Source: an uncultured Candidatus Saccharibacteria bacterium (GTDB lineage: Bacteria > Patescibacteriota > Minisyncoccia > Phycocordibacterales > UBA2100). From it: DNA of 50,508 nucleotides. The notes beneath the pieces are model-generated. The model saw nothing but the letters and a program-made list of their open reading frames with translations, made no database searches and had not been told where the DNA came from. Where the stretch lies: contig CAZOZG010000004.1 in the NCBI GenBank assembly GCA_964584225.1, positions 1 through 50,508 on the forward strand, read 5' to 3'. This document shows positions 41,223 to 48,700 of the stretch, piece after piece. Positions within the stretch are counted from its first letter, which is position 1, and the number at the start of each line of letters is the position of its first letter. The translations under genes and the position numbers were made by a program.

Positions 41223-41789
41223 ATGAAAAAAATCATACTCGCTTCGACTTCGCGCTGGCGCAAAGAGTTGCTCGGGAAACTTGGCGTGTCGTTTACGATC
41301 GTCGCGAGTGACTACCCCGAGGACATGACGCTCCCTCTTTCGCCGGCGAACATGGCGAAGCGATTTGCGCTCGGGAAAGCACGCGTAGTCGCGAAGCGTC
41401 ATCCGAAAGCAGTTGTCATCGGTGCAGACACGGTGCTCGTCTTTCGCGGCAAGGTGCTCGGGAAACCAAAAAGTAAGCGAGAAGCAATGGCGATGTTGCA
41501 GCGCTGGAGCGGCAATCGCGGCCATGCGATAACAGCTTTTGCTGTCATTGCCGGAAAAAAAGAAGTTGTACGCGTCGTGAAAACGGATCTGCATTTCAGA
41601 AAGCTCTCGTCGCGGGAAATTGCGCGCTACGTTGCAAGTGGGGAAGCCGAGACTGGTGCCGGCTCCTTTACAATTTTGGGCAAAGCTGCGTCATTCATCG
41701 AGCGCATCGACGGCGACTTTTACAACATTGTCGGCTTGCCGCTCGCTTCGCTCGCGGCCACGCTCAAAAGGTTCGGCGTCGCGCTTTAG
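41223..41789 (+). CDS. maf: Maf-like nucleoside triphosphate pyrophosphatase
   Basis: MKKIILASTSRWRKELLGKLGV.F....SDY.ED...VIGADTV...G...GKP...EA..ML...SG. Confidence 0.9.
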   Translation: MKKIILASTSRWRKELLGKLGVSFTIVASDYPEDMTLPLSPANMAKRFALGKARVVAKRHPKAVVIGADTVLVFRGKVLGKPKSKREAMAMLQRWSGNRGHAITAFAVIAGKKEVVRVVKTDLHFRKLSSREIARYVASGEAETGAGSFTILGKAASFIERIDGDFYNIVGLPLASLAATLKRFGVAL

Positions 41790-42772
41790 GCGACTTTCAA
41801 AATCTTCGCGATGATTTTCGCGACCTGCGCGGGATCGTGACGCACCAGAGAGCTTTCCTTGGCAGCGTTCCCGATTTTCACGACTTTCGGCACATACTTC
41901 GAGACGAAATTCGCCGCGATAAGCTCGCGACCCCGAGGCAATTTTTCCCACGAGGTGAGTCGATCTCCTTCTCGCGCATATTTTTTGAGGAGTGTAGAGA
42001 TCGGCGCCGTATTGTTGTAAATGACGATGTCGACAGGCCCGCCGAGGTATCGCTCGACGGTCGCCGTGTAATCCGCAACGCTGTAGTATTTGGTGTGTTC
42101 CTTCTTGGTCATCAGATTGCAAATGAAGATCTTTTTTGCCTTGCTTTTCCTAATAGCCTCGGGAATTTTGTGTACGAGAAGATTTGTTACTAAGCTCGCG
42201 TAGAAGTTGCCGGGGCCGATGACGATGATGTCGGCCTCTTTCAATGCCGCGAGCGCTTTCGGATTTGCGCGTCCGCGCGGCTCGAGCCAGAGCTTTTTCA
42301 ACGAGCCGTTCATATGTGTCTTCTGAATCGTTTCCTCGCCGCGGATGGTGCGTGTACCGACTTTTGCCGTAAGGTGCACTTTGTCGAGCGTCGACGGAAT
42401 CACGCGTCCGTTGGTGCGCAAAATGTCGCTTGCTTTTTCGATCGCGTGATCGAAGCTGCCAGTCGTTTTCTCGAGCGCTGAGAGGAGGAGATTGCCAAAC
42501 TTGTGTCCTTTGAGTTTGCCGCCGTCGAAACGGTAATCCATGAGCGTGCGCATGAGTTTGTCTTGCCGCGACAGCGCGACGAGACAGCGGACGACGTCGC
42601 CCGGGGGAAGAACGCCGAGTTCGTCGCGCAATATTCCCGTCGAGCCGCCGCTGTCGCTCATCGCGACAATCGCCGTGAGATTGAGGGGGTATTTCTTGAG
42701 ACCAGAGAGTACGGTAAAGGTGCCCGTCCCGCCACCGATCACCACAACGTTTTTGAGTCGTTTCTTCGCCAT
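41786..42772 (-). CDS. YvcK/CofD-like (UPF0052, gluconeogenesis factor family) protein
   Basis: MAKKRLKNVVVIGGGTGTFTVLSGLKKYPLNLTAIVAMSDSGGSTGILRDELGVLPPGD. Its stop overlaps the maf stop (4-nt convergent overlap). Confidence 0.88.
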   Translation of the reverse strand: MAKKRLKNVVVIGGGTGTFTVLSGLKKYPLNLTAIVAMSDSGGSTGILRDELGVLPPGDVVRCLVALSRQDKLMRTLMDYRFDGGKLKGHKFGNLLLSALEKTTGSFDHAIEKASDILRTNGRVIPSTLDKVHLTAKVGTRTIRGEETIQKTHMNGSLKKLWLEPRGRANPKALAALKEADIIVIGPGNFYASLVTNLLVHKIPEAIRKSKAKKIFICNLMTKKEHTKYYSVADYTATVERYLGGPVDIVIYNNTAPISTLLKKYAREGDRLTSWEKLPRGRELIAANFVSKYVPKVVKIGNAAKESSLVRHDPAQVAKIIAKILKVA

Positions 42773-42829
42773 AGCTCTTGAGTGGCGACATACTACCAGA
42801 ACTTTCTGTAATTTCCATGTTTTGCGAAA

Positions 42830-42838
42830 TGCTATACT
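42830..42838 (+). promoter_or_regulatory. Extended -10 box TGCTATACT, 6 nt upstream of the ATG at 42845
   Basis: TGCTATACT-cctcaa-ATG. Confidence 0.6.
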
Positions 42839-42844
42839 CCTCAA

Positions 42845-43342
42845 ATGAATCGGGTACTGGTCGTCGTTGTTGTCATTCTTTTGATCGTGATCGGTGTTTT
42901 GAGTTGGTTTCTCTTCGCTTCGCCGGGCCCCTCGACACCTGCGCCGGTTGTCATAAGCGGCACGACGACGCCATCAGTGCCCAGTCTGCCGACACAGCCG
43001 ACGACACCTGCTCCTTTGCATGAACGCATCAGTGTTACCTCGCCCAAGGCGAATGCGACCGTTGGCGACGATTTCGATGTGAAGGGGAGCGCCCCGGGAC
43101 CGTGGTTTTTTGAAGCGACATTTCCGATCAAAGTGCGTGACGCGAACGACAACACGATTGGTGTTTCGCACGCCAATGCGATCGGCGATTGGATGACGGA
43201 TCAAAATGTTGCATTTCAAGCGACCGTACATATCGACGACGCGAAATACCATGGACCGGCGACGCTGATTCTTCTGAAAGACAATCCCTCGGGCTTGCCG
43301 CAAAACGACGATTCGCTCGAAGTGCCCATCGTTATTCAATGA
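42845..43342 (+). CDS. Membrane-anchored Gmad2-like immunoglobulin-fold protein
   Basis: TM VLVVVVVILLIVIGVLSWFLF, a Pro/Thr linker, then ISVTSPKANATVGDDFDVKGSAPGPWFFEATFPIKVRDANDN...ATLILLKDNPSGLP. Confidence 0.75.
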   Translation: MNRVLVVVVVILLIVIGVLSWFLFASPGPSTPAPVVISGTTTPSVPSLPTQPTTPAPLHERISVTSPKANATVGDDFDVKGSAPGPWFFEATFPIKVRDANDNTIGVSHANAIGDWMTDQNVAFQATVHIDDAKYHGPATLILLKDNPSGLPQNDDSLEVPIVIQ

Positions 43343-43345
43343 GGA

Positions 43346-43367
43346 AAGGCCCACTTTCGCGGGCCTT
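43346..43367. terminator. Short hairpin between convergent genes
   Basis: AAGGCCC-actttcgc-GGGCCTT. Confidence 0.5.
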
Positions 43368-43370
43368 GTA

Positions 43371-43886
43371 TTAGGAATTTTCTGCTGATTGTCGTGCAAG
43401 ATCGAGCCGCAGATAGTACTCCAGGAGGTGACACTTCTCGGGCGGACGATCTTTGTAGAATTTGTCCGTCGGACCGGTGCCCTCGGCGGCTATCTCCCCG
43501 TTTTCGATGCGTTCTTTCTTTTTTGCATCGTAGGCGAGGTGCAATTGCTTGGGCGTCGTGTACGAGAACACCCAATTTTCATGCAGATCGACGATCGCGT
43601 CCGTCGGAAGGCCGGCTTCCTCGGCAAGTCCTCCAATGAGTTGGTCGTACGCCTGCTCCACAACGCGAGAATATGCGATGTAGAATTTCGGATCAAAGAT
43701 ACGCGGGTCGTTCAAGCGCGTCCGCTCTTCTTTGATGCAGGCAAGCTTTCGACGATATGACTCAGGCACGTCCAAAGGATTTCTGCCCTCAAGCGGAGAA
43801 CCAAACGGGCATTCCGGTATCGGTCGACGCGCACCGTCTATCATGCGATCGCGTAGTAGCAGCTGTGCTTTCCTGGCCTGTTCCAT
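43371..43886 (-). CDS. Hypothetical protein (171 aa)
   Basis: Clean ORF. A TGCTATAGA box and an AAGGAAG SD-like element lie upstream on the minus strand. I do not recognise a family. Confidence 0.6.
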   Translation of the reverse strand: MEQARKAQLLLRDRMIDGARRPIPECPFGSPLEGRNPLDVPESYRRKLACIKEERTRLNDPRIFDPKFYIAYSRVVEQAYDQLIGGLAEEAGLPTDAIVDLHENWVFSYTTPKQLHLAYDAKKKERIENGEIAAEGTGPTDKFYKDRPPEKCHLLEYYLRLDLARQSAENS

Positions 43887-43948
43887 GTACTCTTCCTTAT
43901 GTGTTGCCGGTAATTTCTATAGCACAAACATTGGTGCATGACAACGTG

Positions 43949-43957
43949 TGGTAGCAT
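43949..43957 (+). promoter_or_regulatory. Extended -10 box TGGTAGCAT, 6 nt upstream of the nth ATG
   Basis: TGGTAGCAT-gccgca-ATG(43964). Confidence 0.55.
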
Positions 43958-43963
43958 GCCGCA

Positions 43964-44623
43964 ATGAAGTTGAGTGAACGGCACAATCGTGCGCGACGGA
44001 TCGTCGCGTTTTTGAAGAAAAGGTATCCGAAACCAAAGAGCGAGCTCAAGCACACGACGCCGTTTCAATTTGTTGTCGCCGTGATGATGAGTGCGCAATG
44101 CACGGACAAGGTCGTGAATCGAGTCACCGATGCGCTATTCAAAAAATACAAAACGGCGCGGGATTTTGCGAACGCCAATCCACAGACTTTGGAAAGGGAA
44201 ATTTCGTCGGTGACTTTTTTTAGAAACAAAGCGAAGGCGATCAGAGCGACCGCCAAAATCGTCGCGGACGATTTTGGCGGTCGCGTCCCACGCACCGTCG
44301 CAGAGCTCACGAGTCTCCCTGGCGTCGGCTATAAAACTGCAAACGTGATTTTGGGAGAGCTCTACGACGTGTGGGAGGGAATTCCCACCGACACGCATGT
44401 GAAGCGTTTCGCGCACCGCTTTAATCTCACCGACAAACAAGATCTCAAAAAGATTTCGCACGATCTCGAAGCGCTCGTGCCAAAAAAAGATTGGAAGTAC
44501 GTGAATAACGGTCTTGTCCTCTACGGTCGCTATATCTGCAAAGCGCATCCGCATGAATGCGACAAACACCCACTCTCGAGAATCTGGCCGCCGATGCTCA
44601 AGCGCTGGCCCAAAGCACGTTAG
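43964..44623 (+). CDS. nth: Endonuclease III-family HhH-GPD DNA glycosylase
   Basis: FQFVVAVMMSAQCTDK.VN, LPGVGYKTANVILG and IPTDTHVKR are present. Only two Cys (CKAHPHEC) occupy the place of the usual four-Cys cluster loop. Confidence 0.88.
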   Translation: MKLSERHNRARRIVAFLKKRYPKPKSELKHTTPFQFVVAVMMSAQCTDKVVNRVTDALFKKYKTARDFANANPQTLEREISSVTFFRNKAKAIRATAKIVADDFGGRVPRTVAELTSLPGVGYKTANVILGELYDVWEGIPTDTHVKRFAHRFNLTDKQDLKKISHDLEALVPKKDWKYVNNGLVLYGRYICKAHPHECDKHPLSRIWPPMLKRWPKAR

Positions 44624-44652
44624 TATAGTGTGCGGTCATTACATACGGCAAA

Positions 44653-44661
44653 TGTTACAAT
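44653..44661 (+). promoter_or_regulatory. Extended -10 box TGTTACAAT, 7 nt upstream of the ATG at 44669
   Basis: TGTTACAAT-cccaaag-ATG. This supports the internal ATG as the start. Confidence 0.55.
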
Positions 44662-44668
44662 CCCAAAG

Positions 44669-45193
44669 ATGTTTCGTTTCTTTAAACGCACGAAGACGAA
44701 ATGCAGTTATCCGCTCGACGTGCGTGATGCCTCATCTGGAGAGAATCTTAAAGTGCACGTGCCGCCGGATCAGCTCTATACGGTCGGCCCGTTTTACTGT
44801 GATACAAGTCCCGGATCGCACGCTGGCGTGTTCCGCCATGCGATCGATTTCGTTGTAAAAGACGGATCTCTTGTACATGCAGTCAAAAGCGGAATCGTGA
44901 TCGATGTTGTAGAACATCACACAGAATACGGAAAGACAGCGGATTTTGCGGACAAGTTAAACTACATCACCATTCAGCATGACAATTTTCTTACGCAGTA
45001 TGCACACCTTAAAAAAGGTTCGCCTAGCACGTACGGTATACACAAGGGAAAACAGGTTATGCGCGGGCAGGTGATAGGTATCGTGGGGAAAACGGGATGG
45101 GTCGATTTCGGTCCAGATGGTGATCATCTTCACTTTATGGCGTTTATCGAAAAAAAAGGAGGATTCGACAGCATACCTGTGCAATTTGAATGA
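44669..45193 (+). CDS. M23 family metallopeptidase
   Basis: HAIDF (HxxxD), ITIQHDNFLTQYAHL, and GQVIGIVGKTG...DHLHFM (HxH). Confidence 0.85.
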   Translation: MFRFFKRTKTKCSYPLDVRDASSGENLKVHVPPDQLYTVGPFYCDTSPGSHAGVFRHAIDFVVKDGSLVHAVKSGIVIDVVEHHTEYGKTADFADKLNYITIQHDNFLTQYAHLKKGSPSTYGIHKGKQVMRGQVIGIVGKTGWVDFGPDGDHLHFMAFIEKKGGFDSIPVQFE

Positions 45194-45211
45194 ATACAGT
45201 AAGATAAACAG

Positions 45212-46429
45212 ATGGATCACACGGATTTTTCTTCCAAAGTCGTCGGAGTGTTTTTTGGCAGCAAAAGTCCCGAGCACGATATTTCCGTCGTCACGGGGAC
45301 GCTCGTGATCCAGGAGCTGGAGAAGCTCGGTATAGCAACCGAACTCGTATACATTGCAACCGATGGTTCGTGGTGCCTGGGCAGACAACTCCGTGATAAG
45401 CAATTTGTCGAATCAATCCACTCACACGATTTATATGATTTACAGCGCTGGTCGATAGATACTCGACATCGGACGCCGCAGCTTATCCTCACGCGACGCC
45501 CGTCTTTCTTCGCGCGCCGTGAAAAAAAACAAATAGATATTGTTTTTCCTGCGCTGCACGGAGCATACGGTGAAGATGGGACGCTCCAAGGTTTGTGTGA
45601 ACTCCTGGGAGTGCCCTATGTCGGCTCGGGCATCGAAGGAAGCGCGATCGCCATGAATAAAGCACTCACAAAACATTTTTTCCGTGAACTTGGTGTTCCC
45701 ACGACCGAATTTCTGAGTTTCGAAACGCACGAATGGGAGAAAAAACCTCAGAATATTATTGATGCAATCGACACTGATTTGCGATACCCTTTGTTCGTAA
45801 AGCCTGCGCATGCAGGTTCGTCAATTGGCATCACGCGTGTCAAAGCAAAAAATGCTCTCCGTGATGCCATCGAACTTGCATTCAGTTTTGACACGCACTG
45901 TGTCGCAGAAAATGGCGTTTCCCCGATTCGCGATTTGACATGCTGCTTGCGTGAGGTTGATGGTGATGTGCAAGCTTCGCTCATCCAGGACTCGAGTTTT
46001 GGCGACAGCGATTTCTTCACCTATCAAGCGAAATATCTGCAAGATGGCGGCGCACAATTCGGCTCTGCAACACGACGATTGCAAATTCCCGCTGACATTC
46101 CAGAGCACATAGCAGAAAGCATACGAACCATGTCAATCCGCATCTTCAAAGAACTCGGTCTCTCCGGAATCGGGCGCGTCGACTTTCTATATAATTCTGA
46201 AACGGGGGACTTGTATGCGAATGAGATTAATCCGATGCCGGGCACGTTGTATCATCATTTGTGGGAAAAGAGCGGGGTAGAATTGAAAGAACTTCTCACG
46301 TGTCTTTTGGCATCCGCCCAGAGGAAGTATCACTTTAGTATCCGAAAAAACCGCTACTTCGCCTCGCCGTTACTCAAGGATTTAAAAAAAGGGAAACTCG
46401 CTAAAGCTGGAGATACGACTAATCACTAG
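45212..46429 (+). CDS. ddl: D-alanine--D-alanine ligase
   Basis: VGVFFGSKSPEHDISVVTG, FPALHGAYGEDGTLQGLCELLGVPYVGSG, ATP-grasp FVKPAHAGSSIGI, and NEINPMPG. Confidence 0.93.
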   Translation: MDHTDFSSKVVGVFFGSKSPEHDISVVTGTLVIQELEKLGIATELVYIATDGSWCLGRQLRDKQFVESIHSHDLYDLQRWSIDTRHRTPQLILTRRPSFFARREKKQIDIVFPALHGAYGEDGTLQGLCELLGVPYVGSGIEGSAIAMNKALTKHFFRELGVPTTEFLSFETHEWEKKPQNIIDAIDTDLRYPLFVKPAHAGSSIGITRVKAKNALRDAIELAFSFDTHCVAENGVSPIRDLTCCLREVDGDVQASLIQDSSFGDSDFFTYQAKYLQDGGAQFGSATRRLQIPADIPEHIAESIRTMSIRIFKELGLSGIGRVDFLYNSETGDLYANEINPMPGTLYHHLWEKSGVELKELLTCLLASAQRKYHFSIRKNRYFASPLLKDLKKGKLAKAGDTTNH

Positions 46430-46469
46430 TCCATTTCCATGGCAGCTGGCCGTAGGGTAGGATAGCGCT

Positions 46470-47159
46470 ATGGCGAAAAAGAAGGTGGCGGTCTTTGATG
46501 TCGACGGGACAATCTTCCGCTCCAGTCTCCTGATCCAAGTTGTCGCCAAACTCATCGAGATGGACGCGTTCCCGAAAACGGCGATGCGCGTCTATGAGAA
46601 AGAATTCGAGCGTTGGCTCAATCGAGAAGGCGAGTATGACGAGTACATTCAGAGAGTCGTGCAGGCATTTGTGAAGCACATCAAAGGTGTGCACTACGGC
46701 ACACTCGCGGACGCGGCGGAAGCTGTCGTTGATGTGCAGTGGAAGCGCACCTATCGGTACACGCGTGATCTTCTTAAGGATTTAAAAAAGAAAGGATATT
46801 TCTTGCTCGCGGTTTCGCAATCACCAAAGACGATTCTCGACAAATTCTGCCCACGACTTGGTTTTGATAAAGTTTACGGATCGATTTATGAAATCGGTCC
46901 GCAGGATATGTTTACCGGCGTCGTATCCGAGCAACATTTGATAGCCAACAAATCGAATATCATGAAGCGCGCCATCGAGAAAGAAAAACTTTCGCTCGAG
47001 CATTCGATTGGCGTTGGCGATACCGAAAGCGACATTCCGTTCTTGGAGATGGTCAGCGAGCCGATTTGCTTTAATCCCAACATGAAATTGTACAAACACG
47101 CGAGGCGAATGAAGTGGAAGGTTGTCGTCGAACGAAAAGACGTGATTTATGAACTCTAA
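46470..47159 (+). CDS. HAD-IB family hydrolase (phosphoserine phosphatase-like)
   Basis: Motif I is VAVFDVDGTIF. LLAVSQSP and GVGDTESDIPFL are also present. Confidence 0.8.
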   Translation: MAKKKVAVFDVDGTIFRSSLLIQVVAKLIEMDAFPKTAMRVYEKEFERWLNREGEYDEYIQRVVQAFVKHIKGVHYGTLADAAEAVVDVQWKRTYRYTRDLLKDLKKKGYFLLAVSQSPKTILDKFCPRLGFDKVYGSIYEIGPQDMFTGVVSEQHLIANKSNIMKRAIEKEKLSLEHSIGVGDTESDIPFLEMVSEPICFNPNMKLYKHARRMKWKVVVERKDVIYEL

Positions 47160-47955
47160 ACGCACGCGCGATTTTCGCCGCGACGTGTGGAACTACTGGA
47201 AGCGAGAGGGTCGACATTCTCTGCCATGGCGGAAGACGACCGATCCGTACAAAATTCTTGTTTCCGAAGTGATGCTACAACAGACACAGGTCCTACGCGT
47301 GATACCGAAGTACAAGGCGTTTTTGAAAAGATTCCCGACGGCGCGCGCGCTGGCGCGCGCGCAGCTTTCTGCCGTGCTCAAGGAGTGGAGTGGTTTAGGG
47401 TATAACAGACGTGGAAAATATCTTCATGACGCCGTTAAAAAGATAGTTGCAGAGTTTAGGGGTGATTTTCGACAGGCCCTTGAGCATTCGTTGCCAGGAG
47501 TTGGCCCATATACGCGATCTGCCGTTCGAGTCTTCGCATTCAACGAGCCGGATGTGTTGCTTGAGACCAACGTCCGCACTGCCATTATTCATTACTTCTT
47601 TTCGCGACGCAGATTGGTGCACGATAATGACGTCACGAAAATCGCTGAGATGGCGGCGAAAGGTCAAAACCCGCGGACGTGGCAATCCGCCCTTTTTGAT
47701 TACGGCTCGCACCTCAAAAAACTTCATCAGAATCCCACCCGCAAAAGTGCACACTATGTCGTGCAATCGAAATTCGAAGGCTCCAGCAGAGAAGTACGCG
47801 GTGCAATTTTAAAACTCCTCAACGATGGCGCGCACGGTGATCGCGCGCTCGCGCAGAAACTTGAGTTTGATGAATATCGCGTGCGCGAAGCGCTGCGGAG
47901 CCTCAACAAAGATGGCCTCGTGAGCGTCCATAGGGGAAGTTGGAAAATTGCGTAA
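47149..47955 (+). CDS. MutY/A-G-specific adenine glycosylase-like HhH-GPD protein with a C-terminal winged-helix-like tail
   Basis: LPWRKTTDPYKILVSEVMLQQTQV.RVIPKY..F...FPT...LA.A....VLKEWSGLGYNRR and LPGVGPYTRSAV are present. There is no Cys cluster and no NUDIX-like MutY C-domain. Instead the protein ends ...REVRGAILKLLNDG...REALRSLNKDGLVSV. Confidence 0.8.
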   Translation: MNSKRTRDFRRDVWNYWKREGRHSLPWRKTTDPYKILVSEVMLQQTQVLRVIPKYKAFLKRFPTARALARAQLSAVLKEWSGLGYNRRGKYLHDAVKKIVAEFRGDFRQALEHSLPGVGPYTRSAVRVFAFNEPDVLLETNVRTAIIHYFFSRRRLVHDNDVTKIAEMAAKGQNPRTWQSALFDYGSHLKKLHQNPTRKSAHYVVQSKFEGSSREVRGAILKLLNDGAHGDRALAQKLEFDEYRVREALRSLNKDGLVSVHRGSWKIA

Positions 47956-48337
47956 AAGAGAAATCCCCACGACTGTCGTCGTGGGGATTTTCGTTGGGCA
48001 AAGGTTGCTTCTCCTCGTCTGAGGACGTCATCGCAATTTCGAAGTGTCCCGATTCATCGTCCTCAGCTTCGGATTCATAATGTTTGCCTTCGTGTGTCAA
48101 CGAATAGCTCCGACGCTTCTCGTCGATAAGGGACACATACCCGTGTTCTCTCAGCCAGTCGAGTTCTTTCTGCAGAGTATCTGCATTTTTACTTGCGATG
48201 CCGCCGCTTGCGAGGCCAGCTGCCGTAAAGCGTGGGGAGTCGACATACTGGCTGATCTCAAGCAACGTCTTCAGCGCATGTTCGCAAAGTGCATCGTGTT
48301 CATGCGGCTTATTGAGCGGTACGGTAAACTGCGCCAT
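47903..48337 (-). CDS. Hypothetical protein with a possible winged-helix domain and an acidic tail
   Basis: 144-aa ORF with LDWLREHGYVSLIDEKRRSYSLTHEG. Its last 53 nt overlap the 3' end of the convergent mutY-like gene. Confidence 0.5.
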   Translation of the reverse strand: MAQFTVPLNKPHEHDALCEHALKTLLEISQYVDSPRFTAAGLASGGIASKNADTLQKELDWLREHGYVSLIDEKRRSYSLTHEGKHYESEAEDDESGHFEIAMTSSDEEKQPLPNENPHDDSRGDFSFTQFSNFPYGRSRGHLC

Positions 48338-48393
48338 GACAACGTCCTTTCCTGTGCGGCTTTTATATAATCATGCGACGATAGAAAAGGAAA

Positions 48394-48421
48394 GCGGCGC
48401 GGTGCTAAAGCGCCGCGCCGG
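48394..48421 (-). terminator. Hairpin terminator downstream of the 73-aa membrane-protein gene
   Basis: CGGCGCGG-tgctaaagcg-CCGCGCCG. On the minus strand it is followed by CTTTCCTTTTCT. Confidence 0.6.
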
Positions 48422-48439
48422 TTACGAAAACGAGTCAGT

Positions 48440-48661
48440 TCAAATCGGAAAGCGAAGCGCCAACGCTGCGAATACGGCAAGAATGCCGCCACCGATTTGG
48501 AAATAACGATGACTCATGCCGCGCCCCGGGTGATGAATTCGGTCATGGTCGGACTCGATGAACATTCCCATTCCGATCACAATAAATATTACTTGCCACT
48601 GACCCGAAATGAGGCCGAGCATCAGCGATATGATCGCCACCATGGCCCATAGTGCGTACAT
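48440..48661 (-). CDS. Small membrane protein (73 aa)
   Basis: Two hydrophobic helices flank a His-rich loop (ESDHDRIHHPGRGMSHRY). It lies 39 nt downstream of rnj. Confidence 0.55.
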   Translation of the reverse strand: MYALWAMVAIISLMLGLISGQWQVIFIVIGMGMFIESDHDRIHHPGRGMSHRYFQIGGGILAVFAALALRFPI

Positions 48662-48700
48662 GTTGTTCTCCTTTTCCGTCAGGTCGCCAGCGTTCTCAGC

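Noticed and set aside
41015-41263. 83-codon N-terminal extension of metK in the ORF track (start at 41263).
   Set aside because: MetK homology begins at MFHLLNRYTTESVTSGHPDK (41014). The extension overlaps the riboswitch aptamer and terminator.
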